Origin: Tetramitus jugosus
Lineage: Eukaryota > Protista > Heterolobosea
Assembly: GCA_937625935.1 (NCBI GenBank)
Contig: OW569385.1
Location: 124,001 to 188,000, forward strand
Reading direction: 5' to 3'
Length of the DNA stretch: 64,000 nucleotides
This document shows, one piece after another, positions 24,891 to 35,447 of the stretch. Position numbers and translations under genes: made by a program. Below the pieces are notes generated by a model that worked only from the letters and a program-made list of their open reading frames with translations, had not been told where the DNA came from and searched no databases. Positions within the stretch are counted from its first letter, which is position 1. Each line of letters opens with the position of its first letter.

Positions 24891-25533
24891 TTTTTTTTTT
24901 AAATACAACCATTTCGGTTGCTTAGATTTTATTTTCTGACTATTTACACTGGATAACGCTCGAAGAGCGTTATCTCCTCCGTTACTTTTCATTTCTCACA
25001 ATGACGCTCTACGAGCGTCATTGTTATGTGTCTTCCTTGTGTGAGATGAATAGGTGATGAAGGGTCGACGCACCTCCTCTTCACCCTGTTCACGAATGAT
25101 TTCGCTTTCTTTTCCGCCATGACCTTCTTCACACCGTTCATCCTCAAACCTTTTGTTACTTGTTCCACTGCTTTATTTTCAACCCCCATCATACCAGATA
25201 GGAACTCCTTGCTTGTCTTACGATTTTCTCTCACCGAAATTTTACCATCCATCCACACAACATTATCAAACCATATATCGATTTGCTGCTTATGATGAAC
25301 ACCCAGCTTGTCAAGGTCTTTACCTACGGACAATGCCAGTCTTCTTCGGCGCACGATGGCCCTTGGACAGCGTATGAGACAGTGTTGTATCGTCTCTGGC
25401 TCTTTGAGACATCGCTCACATCTTTCCATCTTCATCCTTGCCATAAAGACAGCGCTTTGTCTCTTTTGTGTGAAGAGTACCGCTGCGCACTTGAGCATAG
25501 AACCACTCCACTTGCCTATTGATCTTGTGGGGG
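24891..25533 (-). mobile_element. 5'-truncated retrotransposon copy T3 (C-terminal CCHC region, 3' UTR, A10 tail)
   Basis: CERCLKEPETIQHCLIRC..IDIWFDNV..VKRRC homologous to the ORF2 C-terminus; poly(A); flanked by TTCTGCGTTTTTATC at 24875-24889 and 25534-25548. Confidence 0.92.
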
Positions 25534-25674
25534 TTCTGCGTTTTTATCTTTTTTTTTTTTTTTTTTAATACAACCATTTCGGTTGCTCACTTTATTGTCA
25601 ATACATTTTCATCAGCCATCGCTCTTTGAGCGATGGCTCTTGGTCGTCTGATTAATTCCCAATGACGCAGAGCG

Positions 25675-28600
25675 TCATTGCTGTTGTTTCGCTTTTGTTG
25701 CGGTGAAGAGGTGAAGGAGAGTCGTGAGACATCTCCGTTTCACCCCATTCACAAAGGTTCTTGCTTTCTTACCGGCTTCTGTTGTTTTGATCCCAGTCTC
25801 TACCAGTCCGTTGGTGACCTCTTCGATGGCGTTTGTTTCTATGCCCATCATACCCTTCAGAAATTCTCTACTCGTCCGTCGCAAAGGACGCCTTTCCATC
25901 TTGCCATCCTTCAGTCGCACATTATCGAACCATATGTCGATACAGGACACACCCATGCTGGTAAGCTCCTTACTGACAGTCAAGGCTAGACATCTTCTTG
26001 CATACACAGCCCTTGAGCATCGAATGAGGCAGTGCAGCACACTTTCGGGTTCTTTGTTACACCAGACACACATTGAGGGCTCGGTGCCAGTGTTATAAAG
26101 ACACCGAACAACTTCCTCCGTGTGGAGAGTACCACTTCTGACCTGAAGCTGGAACCATTCCAGCCTTCTGTCAACAACGTGTGGGTACTTGAGAAAGCTG
26201 AAGTCTGCGCCGCTGTAGTTGGCATCTTTTTGAATCCACCAACGCTCGCTCTTCTCTACACGTGCATTTCTCTCCTGATCAAACAGGGACTGTAGGTGTT
26301 CTCTACTCTCGACTCTGAGGTTACTCTTGTACAGAGCAGGTTCATTTTTAGTGGAGTTTTGGCTAATGGGACACTGACAGGTCCTCATTTGCGCAATCAA
26401 AATGTTCAGTATTTGGTGCGACTTTGCACCTATCCTACATGTTGGGAATAGTTTCTTGAATTCTTTGAAACAGATGGGATGTTCCTCTACAAGCAGTTGA
26501 TTGCGGCTGACTATACCTGAGAGGTAGAGTTTTTTGAGGATGGTGGATGGTACGTACCTTGCCAACCTACACTCATCACACTGCGTAGTTGTATCAACAG
26601 TTAATCTGATCCCATGTGCGTGCATCCTGATGGCACACCACTTGTGGTAAGTTGACATGACATTCTCGAGTCTGTTGCTTGACTGAAATACATTCTCTTG
26701 TTGGAATGTTTGGTGGAGCTTGATGTCCTCAAGCGTGTCAAGGAACAGCCTACGAGCTTCAGTGTCTCTCTTACCGTTGATCATTGAGAACACAAACCAT
26801 CCAGTCTGCGTCGCAATTGTCTCTTCAATGTCCTTTAGTCCTACTGACCCGAGCTCAAAGCCGATGGACAGTAGCTCAGTCGGGAACCTCTTCATTGCCT
26901 TCGACCCGAACTTCACTAATGATCTTCCCAGTGTATTAACTTTGTTCAACCACTCATCTGTCCAGTCAGTAAACTCTGATGCATAAGCGAATAGAGGATG
27001 GATGCACGTGTTCACCACCCGACTCACTTGTCTTGCGGTGAGTCTCATTATTTTGAGCCTAACAACCACCCTCTGTGCCTTTTGCCACGCTTGTTCTCTC
27101 TGTTTCTGGGTTGCACCCTTGAGATTCGTGTACAGACCCAGCGCACGAAACACCTGCCTGTTGTTTCTCCCCACCACCTTGGTGCCATCCACAGTAATGT
27201 CGTTCGATGACTTATTGTCCACTTTTCTGACGTAAAGTTCCAACTTGTCAGGATGCATTAACCCAAAGCGGTAGACATTGCTTTGGCGGCAATTTCAATG
27301 TCCTCCCTGGATTCAGCAAACAGATTACAGTCATCCACGTACGCAGCATTCCAGAGTCTCTGAGTCATCGCACCAAATCCTTTCACTTGACTTTTCACAT
27401 ACAACAAAACCACTTGGTGCACCAGTATGTAGGTAGTGGGTGATAGTGAATCACCCTGTCTCGTACCTTTCCCTATTCTAAACCTTCTCGAAAGCGAAGA
27501 GGTCAAGACTCGTGCATGATTGTCACGCACCATACCACTGACAAGTTTCACTATTCCCTCAGGAAAACCAAAGAATCTGTATACAGCTTCTATGGCGTTG
27601 TGCGGAACCGAGTCGAAAGCCTTGGAAATGTCCGTCAACAAAAGGTACAATTGCTTGTCATGACGATTGGCACAGTCAATGACACCCCTTATCAAGGACA
27701 GTTTCTCCCTGATATCTCGAAATTTTCTTCCTCCCCCTTGAACATTCGTAAACACACATCCTTCCTCTGCCGCCTTCGAGATGCGTTGATTCAAAAGCTT
27801 AGTGTAAAGCTTAGACAACGAACTAAGAAGGCAAATAGGACGATAGTTCTCTGGTCGTGTGACGTCCCCTTTTTTGTAGGCAGGGATGATCACACACTCC
27901 TTCCACGCTCTCGGGAACTTGCCGGTATTAGTGATGTTGTTGAAGAAGTTGCAGAGAGTCTCTGCCAATTCCCACCTGAAGTCTCTTTTCTTGGTGCGCG
28001 GGAGTTTGACCATCTCGTTATGAACACCGTCAGCACCTGGGCATTTTCTATTCCTTAACCATCTGATTGCTTCCGCGACTTCCTCTGTCTTGAAAGGTTG
28101 GATAGCTGTCCTCAGTTTGTGTTTATCGCTTCGACTATCCATCAGTGCAAGGAAGCCCATGCTAGCTTTATCCTTCTTGAATGCCTCTTCGTAATAGTCA
28201 GCTGCTACTTCACCAACTATATGAGGATCTGTGTATTGCAAACCGTTTTTGGTGACCCTAGTCAACCGGACTCTACAACTCTTCTTTGCAGATGCAGCAG
28301 AGAAAAACCTCGACGGGTCGCTGAACTCAGACGTTCTTGCTATCCACTCCCACTTTCTGTACTTGTGTGTTGCCTTCTTCGCCCTTGCTTGGTGGAGTGA
28401 ATCATTGATGTACTTGAGTGTACTCAATACTCTATCTGCTCTTGGTTCACTTTTGTCGGTGGACGAGCATATCCGGTCCAGCTTGGAGCACCATACGTGG
28501 TGCGACATGAACTTCATCAACAAAGCTCTGTGTTTCAATAGTCTTCTCTCTCTTCTACTCTGTCTCCATGTTTTTGTTGCTTTCACATCTCGGAATTGCT

Positions 28601-29471
28601 GGGCATGCTCAAGAATGGTGCTGGTGATAAGTTCACATTGGGAATCCACATCGTTAGAGTCCTGAATCCACCCTCTCTTCAACGTACTGACAACGTTTTT
28701 TGCATAGTCCACCCACCTAGGATCACTCCTATCTTTTGGAAATCGATACGACCTGCGCTCACTTAAGGTTGGAGTGTGTTTATCAGTTTCCACTACCAAC
28801 AGCGTGGGAACATGATCGCTGCCTACACCATTTTGGGTGTACATTTTCACTGCTTCTATATCTTCTAGGGCAGCTCTATTGCACCATACTGTGTCGATGC
28901 GTGAAGAGGAACCCTTCTTTTAGAAAGTGTGGAACCTCTCCGTACCCAGCTTTTCGTTCACATCGAAAAGGTTGTTGTCCGTCATCGTCTCCACCAGCGA
29001 TTTTGTGTTGCGATCGATCCTACCAGCAGACCTATCCATGGCACACGAGACAGCGTTATGGTCTCCTCCAAATACGAACTTCCCTTCTAGTGAGAACCGA
29101 CTGATTACCTGTTTCAAACTTCGGTAGTGTGTCAAGTCACTCTTGTGTGGTCCGTAGTGATTTGCTAATGTGATGGTCCTGTTTCCCACTTCGATCTTGA
29201 TTACCTGTAGTCTGTCTTGGCTGTGAAGTACACCGTATATGGGCACTGTTGTGGTGCGTACAATTGTAGCAAGATATTGATTGGGTGCGTCGCACAAAAG
29301 TACACAGTTAATACGGGACAGCTGTCGGCTTAGCTTTTGATACCACACTTCATTGATATCTGTTGCCTCTTGTACCATTAGCACATCTATTTCCTCTGTT
29401 TCCATCAAGCTCACCACATCCAAGGCCTTACCCTTGATTCCATTAATGTTGTACCATACCACGTTCAACAT
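25675..29471 (-). pseudogene. ORF2: APE endonuclease - reverse transcriptase - C-terminal CCHC zinc knuckle, split by two frameshifts (~28920 and ~27265)
   Basis: Endonuclease: WYNING, VQE, YGP, GGDHN, SRID, SDHVP. RT: YRPICLL, DISKAFDSV, GTRQGDSLSP, YVDD. C-terminus: CVWC-x8-H-x4-C. Confidence 0.92.
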
Positions 29472-30817
29472 TGATTAGGTGGTTGGGAATCAGTCTCGTT
29501 TGGCTCATCATTTTGAACTTGACTAGCCGATTGTGCATCACTGTTTGATGACAGCAACATGGATTTCTTTCTTCTCCTCTCAGAAAGCGGGATGTGAGCT
29601 CCTCTTTTGCCTCCTTCTTTGATTGGAGTATCACTATTTTCAGTCTGCTCAGAGGTCAAAAACCGGTGCATTGTTGCTTGTTTGTCTCGAATGAGACTTC
29701 TTAATCTTCTTGTCTTTTGACGCTCTGACATGTTGGAATTCACGTCAGTTAGGTGCTCAAAGGTTATCATAGAGCTTGCCATGACGGAAGTTGCCATGCC
29801 TTCAGTACTTAGTGCTGACTCCCAACTGTCACTTGAATCCTCCACTTCACTGGTGACAAATGACCCGCGGTTTACTTCAGAGACAGGTTCACTTGTCTCT
29901 CTCTCCACTGCACAGTCCACCACAACTGCCTCTACCTGGTTTTCCATAGGACTATCCCTTTCTGGGTCACCGATTACTTCCACCAGCATCATTGCTGTTC
30001 CGCTTGGTTCGGAGTCTCCATGCACATCCTCAACTGTGTCTACTTCCTCTTCTTCCGTGACCATGTCACTCTCATCCTCGACTTCTTCTGAGAGCTGTGG
30101 TGCTCTTCCTTTGCTCCTGAGTCCCTTATCTGCACCTGCTTTCTTGGGGCGACCACTGTTCCTTTTACCGAAAGTGCTTTCGAGTTGAACAACTCTCATT
30201 TGAAGAGACTCAATTTGCCTTGTTAGTTGTGCCTTCATTTTCTTGAATCTCTTGGTTAGTTCAGTTAGTGGATCGCTTTTTCTTTCATAGTATGGGCTGA
30301 TTTCCGCCACAATCGTCTTACTGCCAACCACAGCCTGTGCATACGTCTGATTTGTCATCGTTACAAATGCGACATCACCTTTTTTCTCCACGTGCTTCAC
30401 CTTTTCAACACCGAGGAGTCTCGCTATGTCATCCTTTGATTGTCTTTCCATTTTGTGCACTACAAGTTTCTTCTCACTGTCGATTCCTCTCTTGACCATT
30501 GCATGTGCTTTGGGGATTCTTTTTGACTCATTGAAAGCGTCTACAAACTCATACAACCTGTCATTCACAACATTGACCCATGCAATAAAGTCACCCTTGT
30601 CCCATCTAATGACTTGCACTCTTGTGACCCAATCACCATATTGCATCCCAATTGCTTTGGCCATTGCTGAGTGTGTTCTGTGACATTCCGTCCCTTTGAT
30701 TACCACTTCCTTTTTGTTCATTCCGCTTCCATTGATCAGTGTCGTCCATACTGCGTATCCGTCACGAACATACTCGCGCACGCCCTTAGAGGATGAGATG
30801 TTTGTTTGTTTTTTCAT
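29465..30817 (-). CDS. Retrotransposon ORF1 protein (RRM-like region, coiled coil, acidic tail), MKKQTN subfamily
   Basis: 450-aa intact ORF directly 5' of ORF2, overlapping it by 7 nt (ATGTTGA); KLVVHKM..AFVTM..YAQAV RRM-like pattern followed by heptads. Confidence 0.85.
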   Translation of the reverse strand: MKKQTNISSSKGVREYVRDGYAVWTTLINGSGMNKKEVVIKGTECHRTHSAMAKAIGMQYGDWVTRVQVIRWDKGDFIAWVNVVNDRLYEFVDAFNESKRIPKAHAMVKRGIDSEKKLVVHKMERQSKDDIARLLGVEKVKHVEKKGDVAFVTMTNQTYAQAVVGSKTIVAEISPYYERKSDPLTELTKRFKKMKAQLTRQIESLQMRVVQLESTFGKRNSGRPKKAGADKGLRSKGRAPQLSEEVEDESDMVTEEEEVDTVEDVHGDSEPSGTAMMLVEVIGDPERDSPMENQVEAVVVDCAVERETSEPVSEVNRGSFVTSEVEDSSDSWESALSTEGMATSVMASSMITFEHLTDVNSNMSERQKTRRLRSLIRDKQATMHRFLTSEQTENSDTPIKEGGKRGAHIPLSERRRKKSMLLSSNSDAQSASQVQNDEPNETDSQPPNQC

Positions 30818-30845
30818 AGCGTTTTTTCTGCGTTTTTATCATTGC

Positions 30846-32013
30846 TTTTTTTTTTTTTGTTCCATACAACCATGTGTGCTTGCGCAGCAAGCGCACGATT
30901 GCTCATTTATTGACTTGTTTTGTGAGTGACGACCCGTAGGGCGTCATTCACTCTTCTTCTCTTGTTGTCCCCGACGGTGCACCTACAGGTTGAAAGAATC
31001 ACTCTGGTGAGTGTTTTGGTTGATGCTCTTCATCAAAGAGCGTAACCTTGTAGTAGGACCGCCGATGGACACAGAGCCATCTGTTGTTTTTTTCTTGTCT
31101 TGGGCCTTGTTGCTCTTCAGATCACCCAGTGTGATCCTGGCACTCCTTTTCTTGTTGTCATTGAGTTGTGGAGGATTTGCTGATTTTGAGTGCTGAGCTG
31201 TGCAACAGGCACTGTTGGCAGTGGTGTTGCACTCCTTTGTTCTTCTGCCTCCATTATATCAGGAGCAGTTCTTTGTGCAACTTCTTGTTCCGGTATTGGA
31301 ACCGGTTTGTTGCCCTCTAGACCCTTTGTCTTAGCCAATTCCTTGGTGAGTTCTGTGACCTGTCGACGCAGTGCGTCAACCACCGTCAGCAGCTCCTCGT
31401 ACATCTTCGTCAACCTCTTGTTGACAGCCTTGAGAGGATCATGTGGTCTCTCGACGTATCGAGTGACCGTGGCCTTTACCTTGTTCTCTCCGCTGAGCAC
31501 TGCTTGTGCATAGGTTTCATCACCCATGACCACGAAAGCAGTGTCACGCTTCTTGAGCACACTGGCGACCTTTTCAGGTCCCAGTAGCTTCTTGATGTCG
31601 TCCACTGACATGTTCTTCATGCCATGGACGACCACCTTTCTTGTGCAATCAACACTGCGCTTGGGTGCAGCAGTGCTGTTGCCAATCCTCCTTTGTTTGT
31701 TGAACAAATCAACAAAGTCATAGATGCGGTCACCCTTGACCGTCACCCATGCAACAAAGCGTTGCTGGCCTTTCCTCTTGATGACCTGGACTCGGTTGAG
31801 CCAGTCATCAAACTCCTCTCCAATCTTTCTTGCCAATGCTGACTGAGAGACACCATTACCATTGCCAGTAATGACGACCTCTCTGTCACTTGGCCTAGAG
31901 CCTTTCCGTGCAGTGGTCCACACTGCATAACGGCTGTTGCCGTATTCCTTCACCAAATTTGTTGAATCACCAGACATGTGATTCCGTTTTTTTCTGCGTT
32001 TTTTTTTTTTTTT
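30846..32013 (-). mobile_element. ORF1-only non-autonomous element T1 (~1.17 kb)
   Basis: ORF1 31117..31977 (deletion-induced frameshift near the 3' end), no ORF2, 3' UTR and A13 tail; near-identical to 51881..53122; 5' A-run ends 47 nt from tRNA-Thr. Confidence 0.92.
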
Positions 32014-32060
32014 ATTATCATTACCATTGCTATCATACAGTCAAACCAGATAGTACAAAT

Positions 32061-32133
32061 GGCTCCTTAGCACAGGTGGCAGTGCGCTGTCCTAGTAAGA
32101 CAGAGGTCACGAGTTCGAGTCTCGTAGGAGCCT
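32061..32133 (+). tRNA. tRNA-Thr (anticodon AGT)
   Basis: GGCTCCT/AGGAGCC acceptor stem, CTGTC-CT-AGT-AA-GACAG anticodon arm, AGTTCGAGTC T-loop; TTTT shortly downstream. Confidence 0.95.
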
Positions 32134-32227
32134 GAACGTTTTGCTCCAGCAACAAACTTTCTGGGCGCCAAAACTGGATTGAAAAGTCAACCAAAATTTT
32201 CCATCAAACAAGCAACATCTTCGAAAA

Positions 32228-32806
32228 ATGATCAGAACTGCAGCATCACGCATCCTCAGACAACAACAATCTCTATCGACCGCTCGTTGTTCCTTCTTCA
32301 CCAACTCTCGCGTCCTTCACAACAAAAACACTCAATATGAAAGCGAGGAACCCACAGCAGCTGAAGAAGAGCTCTTTAATCAAATGGAGAGTGAAGCTTC
32401 CGCCAAAAAATCCTTCAAAATGCGTGCCACTCTCAACAAGGCCATCATTTGTGGTAGAGTAGGTGCCACACCAAACGTAAAGTTGGGCAGTGAAGCTACT
32501 GCTGATGCACCAGCAAAGAAGGGCTTTGGTCTAGTGAACCTTGCCACGAGTGATACTTACCTAAAGGATGCCAATGGTAAGAATGCAGTCACATGGCACG
32601 CCATTATCACATTCCATCCAAACATTCTTTCCATTTTGAACAAGTATGTTCGCAAGGGAATGTTGGTCTATGCGGAAGGACCCATCATTTATAGACAATC
32701 AAAGGACAAGGACGGTAATCCTCGGACTGTGACTCAAATCTTGGTGCGTGAACCAAGTGATTTTAGAGTGTTGGACGGAGAGGTCTCTCTTGATCAAGAC
32801 AAGTAA
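32228..32806 (+). CDS. Mitochondrial single-stranded DNA-binding protein (SSB family)
   Basis: Arg/Ser-rich transit peptide; LNKAIICGRVG, LATS, WH, KGMLVYAEG OB-fold motifs. Confidence 0.88.
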   Translation: MIRTAASRILRQQQSLSTARCSFFTNSRVLHNKNTQYESEEPTAAEEELFNQMESEASAKKSFKMRATLNKAIICGRVGATPNVKLGSEATADAPAKKGFGLVNLATSDTYLKDANGKNAVTWHAIITFHPNILSILNKYVRKGMLVYAEGPIIYRQSKDKDGNPRTVTQILVREPSDFRVLDGEVSLDQDK

Positions 32807-33123
32807 AAACGACAGTACTCATGGAATTCTTGTTTTTTATTTGGGAATAAAGATGGCATTATTATATAATATACCACCGAAAAAAAAAGATGTGCTTTTA
32901 ATTATATCTAAGTAGTGTACAGGAAATCGATTTCTTTTGTCAAGGTTGTTGCATTCGAGATTATGTTATACTTGGATTGTATATGGGCCAATGATTGTTG
33001 TGCAGCATTGCTGGTGTGCACAGATCTCCACGCAAAATGTCGCGACTCAACAAATCAACAACACCACACACAACAACAATCAACAACAGCGCAACACACC
33101 TCTGGACAGACAAAGAATCATCA

Positions 33124-33534
33124 TTACTTTTTAAGCTTTTTCACAAAAGCTTCATAATCAATATCACCATCCTCATCCATTCCCATATCCTTCAACAACT
33201 CTTCAATATCCGTCACTGTCATCTTTTCACTCTGCAAAATCTTCTTGAGTTCCTCCGACGAAACATGCCCGTTATTTCCCCGATCAAACACGCGGAACGC
33301 TTCCAGTAAATCATCGCTCTGTGACTCATCTCTCATCAATCGACTCATCAGTGCCAAAAAATTGGCAAATTCACATTCACCCTTTGGACCACATGCCTTT
33401 GATACTTCACGTTCAATTTCATCACGTGAAATGCACCCAACTGCCTCCAATGTTTTTTGTAATTCGTCTCTTGTTAATTTTCCGTCACCGTTTCGGTCAA
33501 ATAGTGAGAATGCCTCTCGAAGTTCTTGATCCAT
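33124..33534 (-). CDS. Calmodulin-like EF-hand protein
   Basis: ELREAFSLFDRNGDGKL, EAFRVFDRGNNGHV, DEDGDIDYEAF. Confidence 0.9.
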   Translation of the reverse strand: MDQELREAFSLFDRNGDGKLTRDELQKTLEAVGCISRDEIEREVSKACGPKGECEFANFLALMSRLMRDESQSDDLLEAFRVFDRGNNGHVSSEELKKILQSEKMTVTDIEELLKDMGMDEDGDIDYEAFVKKLKK

Positions 33535-33781
33535 TATTTTTGGTTATGATGTGAATGGGTGTGTTTTTGTAGGTTGTTGTTTTTCACCTTGTTTCTCGCT
33601 GTTGCTTGTTGTTCTTGCTCGGGGTATTTTGAATGGCGCGTCATGTGTCAAGGAAAAACACCGATTGAAAACCGTTATCCGTTCAGATACGACTCAAAAG
33701 AGAGAGGGCCTCTTCTGAGAAACAAGAGCTAACTTGTGTGAGAATATTCATTTCAAATTTTTTGATCTTGTATACTGAAAG

Positions 33782-35401
33782 ATGAATCAATCATCTTCGA
33801 ACCATCGTTCAACGAGTACTGTTTCTGCTCCATTACCACCTCCCTCGAGAGATGGGACGATTCAGAGGCCAAGGATTCCAAGAGAGAATGAAACCTTCAA
33901 GAAATTGACTCAACAAACTCGCAATGATCCAACTTTGGACTCAAAAGTGAAAAGTGTTCATCGAAGGTCGATAGATAGAGCGAAAGAGATGGAGTTCAGA
34001 GCAGACAACGGTTCATCTATTGCAAAGGAGAGGTCAACAATGTCAAAGGAATCCTCTCCCAAAGTTTCTTCTCTGAGTTTGGATAAGGTGTCCAATCGTT
34101 CTCCATCTCTTTCGGTTACCAGCTCTGTAAATAGCGGTCGAGGAAGTTCGGGGAATATGTCTCCTATTAACTCTCGAAGATCCTTATCATCTCCTTCTCA
34201 ACGACCTCCAGCTGGCGTATCATCTTGGAGGCAGACTCACAAGATAACTGCTTCTCATGTTTTTGACCCAATGGAATCGAGCAGAATTTTTGACTACGTA
34301 CCTCAACACCTTTATGCTGTTAACTACAAGAATGATATTTTCGAGGTGCTGAAAGACAAAATTGACCAATACTCGAATAGTTTCCATCAATCATTCCAGA
34401 GATTGAACAAATCAATTGGTTCCCAGGGGTGGTGCGTGAAAAAGGAAGACTTCAAAAGGGCTCTTATCAAAGACTTCCACTTGTTTGAGGATGTTCCAGC
34501 AGGAGAAACTCAAGAGCATAGAGAGATACGAAGGTATCAAGAACAACAAAAGAGAAAACTAGATGAATTCTTGGACGATGCAGCTTCAAAGAACGATGGT
34601 TACATTCGGTATAGTGATTTTATTAAGGCAATTAAAAGTTTGGACAGGCGAGTGAGCAACATGAGTACAACGACTGAACGACAAGCTCGATACTCATCAA
34701 CAATGAGCAATCAAGCGAACAACATTATTGAGGCGAGAAAACGACAGAAACTGGAGAGAGAACAGTTGAAACCTCCTCCCTTTGCTCTCTATGATGAAAC
34801 TGAACAATATGACATGTACTACTATCAAAGATACAAGGATCGTTTAGCCGCTTTGAGAGGTTCATTTAGTCACTTTGATGTGATGGGAGAACATGAAAAG
34901 GTGCCCTATGAATTATTCAAAAAGGGATTACTAAAATTTGACAAATATATCACCGAGAGAGAAGTGAATGAAATCTATAGATTCTTGGATCCGAAGAGGA
35001 AGGGATACATTGATTTAGGACAATTCATGGATAGGTTTGCTGTTCAGATTCTTAACAACAAGTCACTCAGAGGAACCTGTGAGACCGGTTTTACGCACAT
35101 GTCGTGGCCTCGATCCTTGATAGAAACTGTTCCGAGAAACACTACCATTGAGGAATTGAGAGAGAAGAATGCAAAGCATACTCTGAAGGCGAAGAGCAGG
35201 AACACCCGAACGCTGTACATGCGGAACGACAAGATCGAAAGAGACTCAATTCTGAAAGAGAACAGATCCATTCTAGCAAACACTGGATACTTGAGTCAGG
35301 AACAAAGAGACAAAGGGGAGCTCCCTTTCTATCATAAGAAGCGACCTACTACTGCCTCTGCGGCAATCAATAGATCTTCAATAAGATTCAATCGAACATA
35401 A
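33782..35401 (+). CDS. EF-hand-containing hypothetical protein
   Basis: 539 aa; Ser-rich N-terminus; NDGYIRYSDF and DPKRKGYIDLGQF EF-hand-like loops. Confidence 0.65.
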   Translation: MNQSSSNHRSTSTVSAPLPPPSRDGTIQRPRIPRENETFKKLTQQTRNDPTLDSKVKSVHRRSIDRAKEMEFRADNGSSIAKERSTMSKESSPKVSSLSLDKVSNRSPSLSVTSSVNSGRGSSGNMSPINSRRSLSSPSQRPPAGVSSWRQTHKITASHVFDPMESSRIFDYVPQHLYAVNYKNDIFEVLKDKIDQYSNSFHQSFQRLNKSIGSQGWCVKKEDFKRALIKDFHLFEDVPAGETQEHREIRRYQEQQKRKLDEFLDDAASKNDGYIRYSDFIKAIKSLDRRVSNMSTTTERQARYSSTMSNQANNIIEARKRQKLEREQLKPPPFALYDETEQYDMYYYQRYKDRLAALRGSFSHFDVMGEHEKVPYELFKKGLLKFDKYITEREVNEIYRFLDPKRKGYIDLGQFMDRFAVQILNNKSLRGTCETGFTHMSWPRSLIETVPRNTTIEELREKNAKHTLKAKSRNTRTLYMRNDKIERDSILKENRSILANTGYLSQEQRDKGELPFYHKKRPTTASAAINRSSIRFNRT

Positions 35402-35447
35402 ATATATCAATGTAAACTTTCTATTGATGGATATACTACAAATTTGA

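Larger units (their letters stand above)
25549..30825 (-). mobile_element. Near full-length (~5.3 kb) L1-clade-like non-LTR retrotransposon T2
   Basis: ORF1 + ORF2 (APE, RT, CCHC), 3' UTR with AATAAA, A18 tail; flanked by the 15-bp direct repeat TTCTGCGTTTTTATC (25534-25548 and 30826-30840). Confidence 0.95.

Noticed and set aside
27255-27262. TAATG stop-start as a programmed third ORF
   Set aside because: It splits the RT domain just after YVDD, and the downstream frame reads FGLMHPDK across the junction, as expected for a simple frameshift lesion; not supportable from one copy
32013-32133. tRNAs as SINE heads belonging to the elements
   Set aside because: The tRNAs are intact, of four different isotypes, have their own T-run terminators, point away from the elements and lie outside the TSDs
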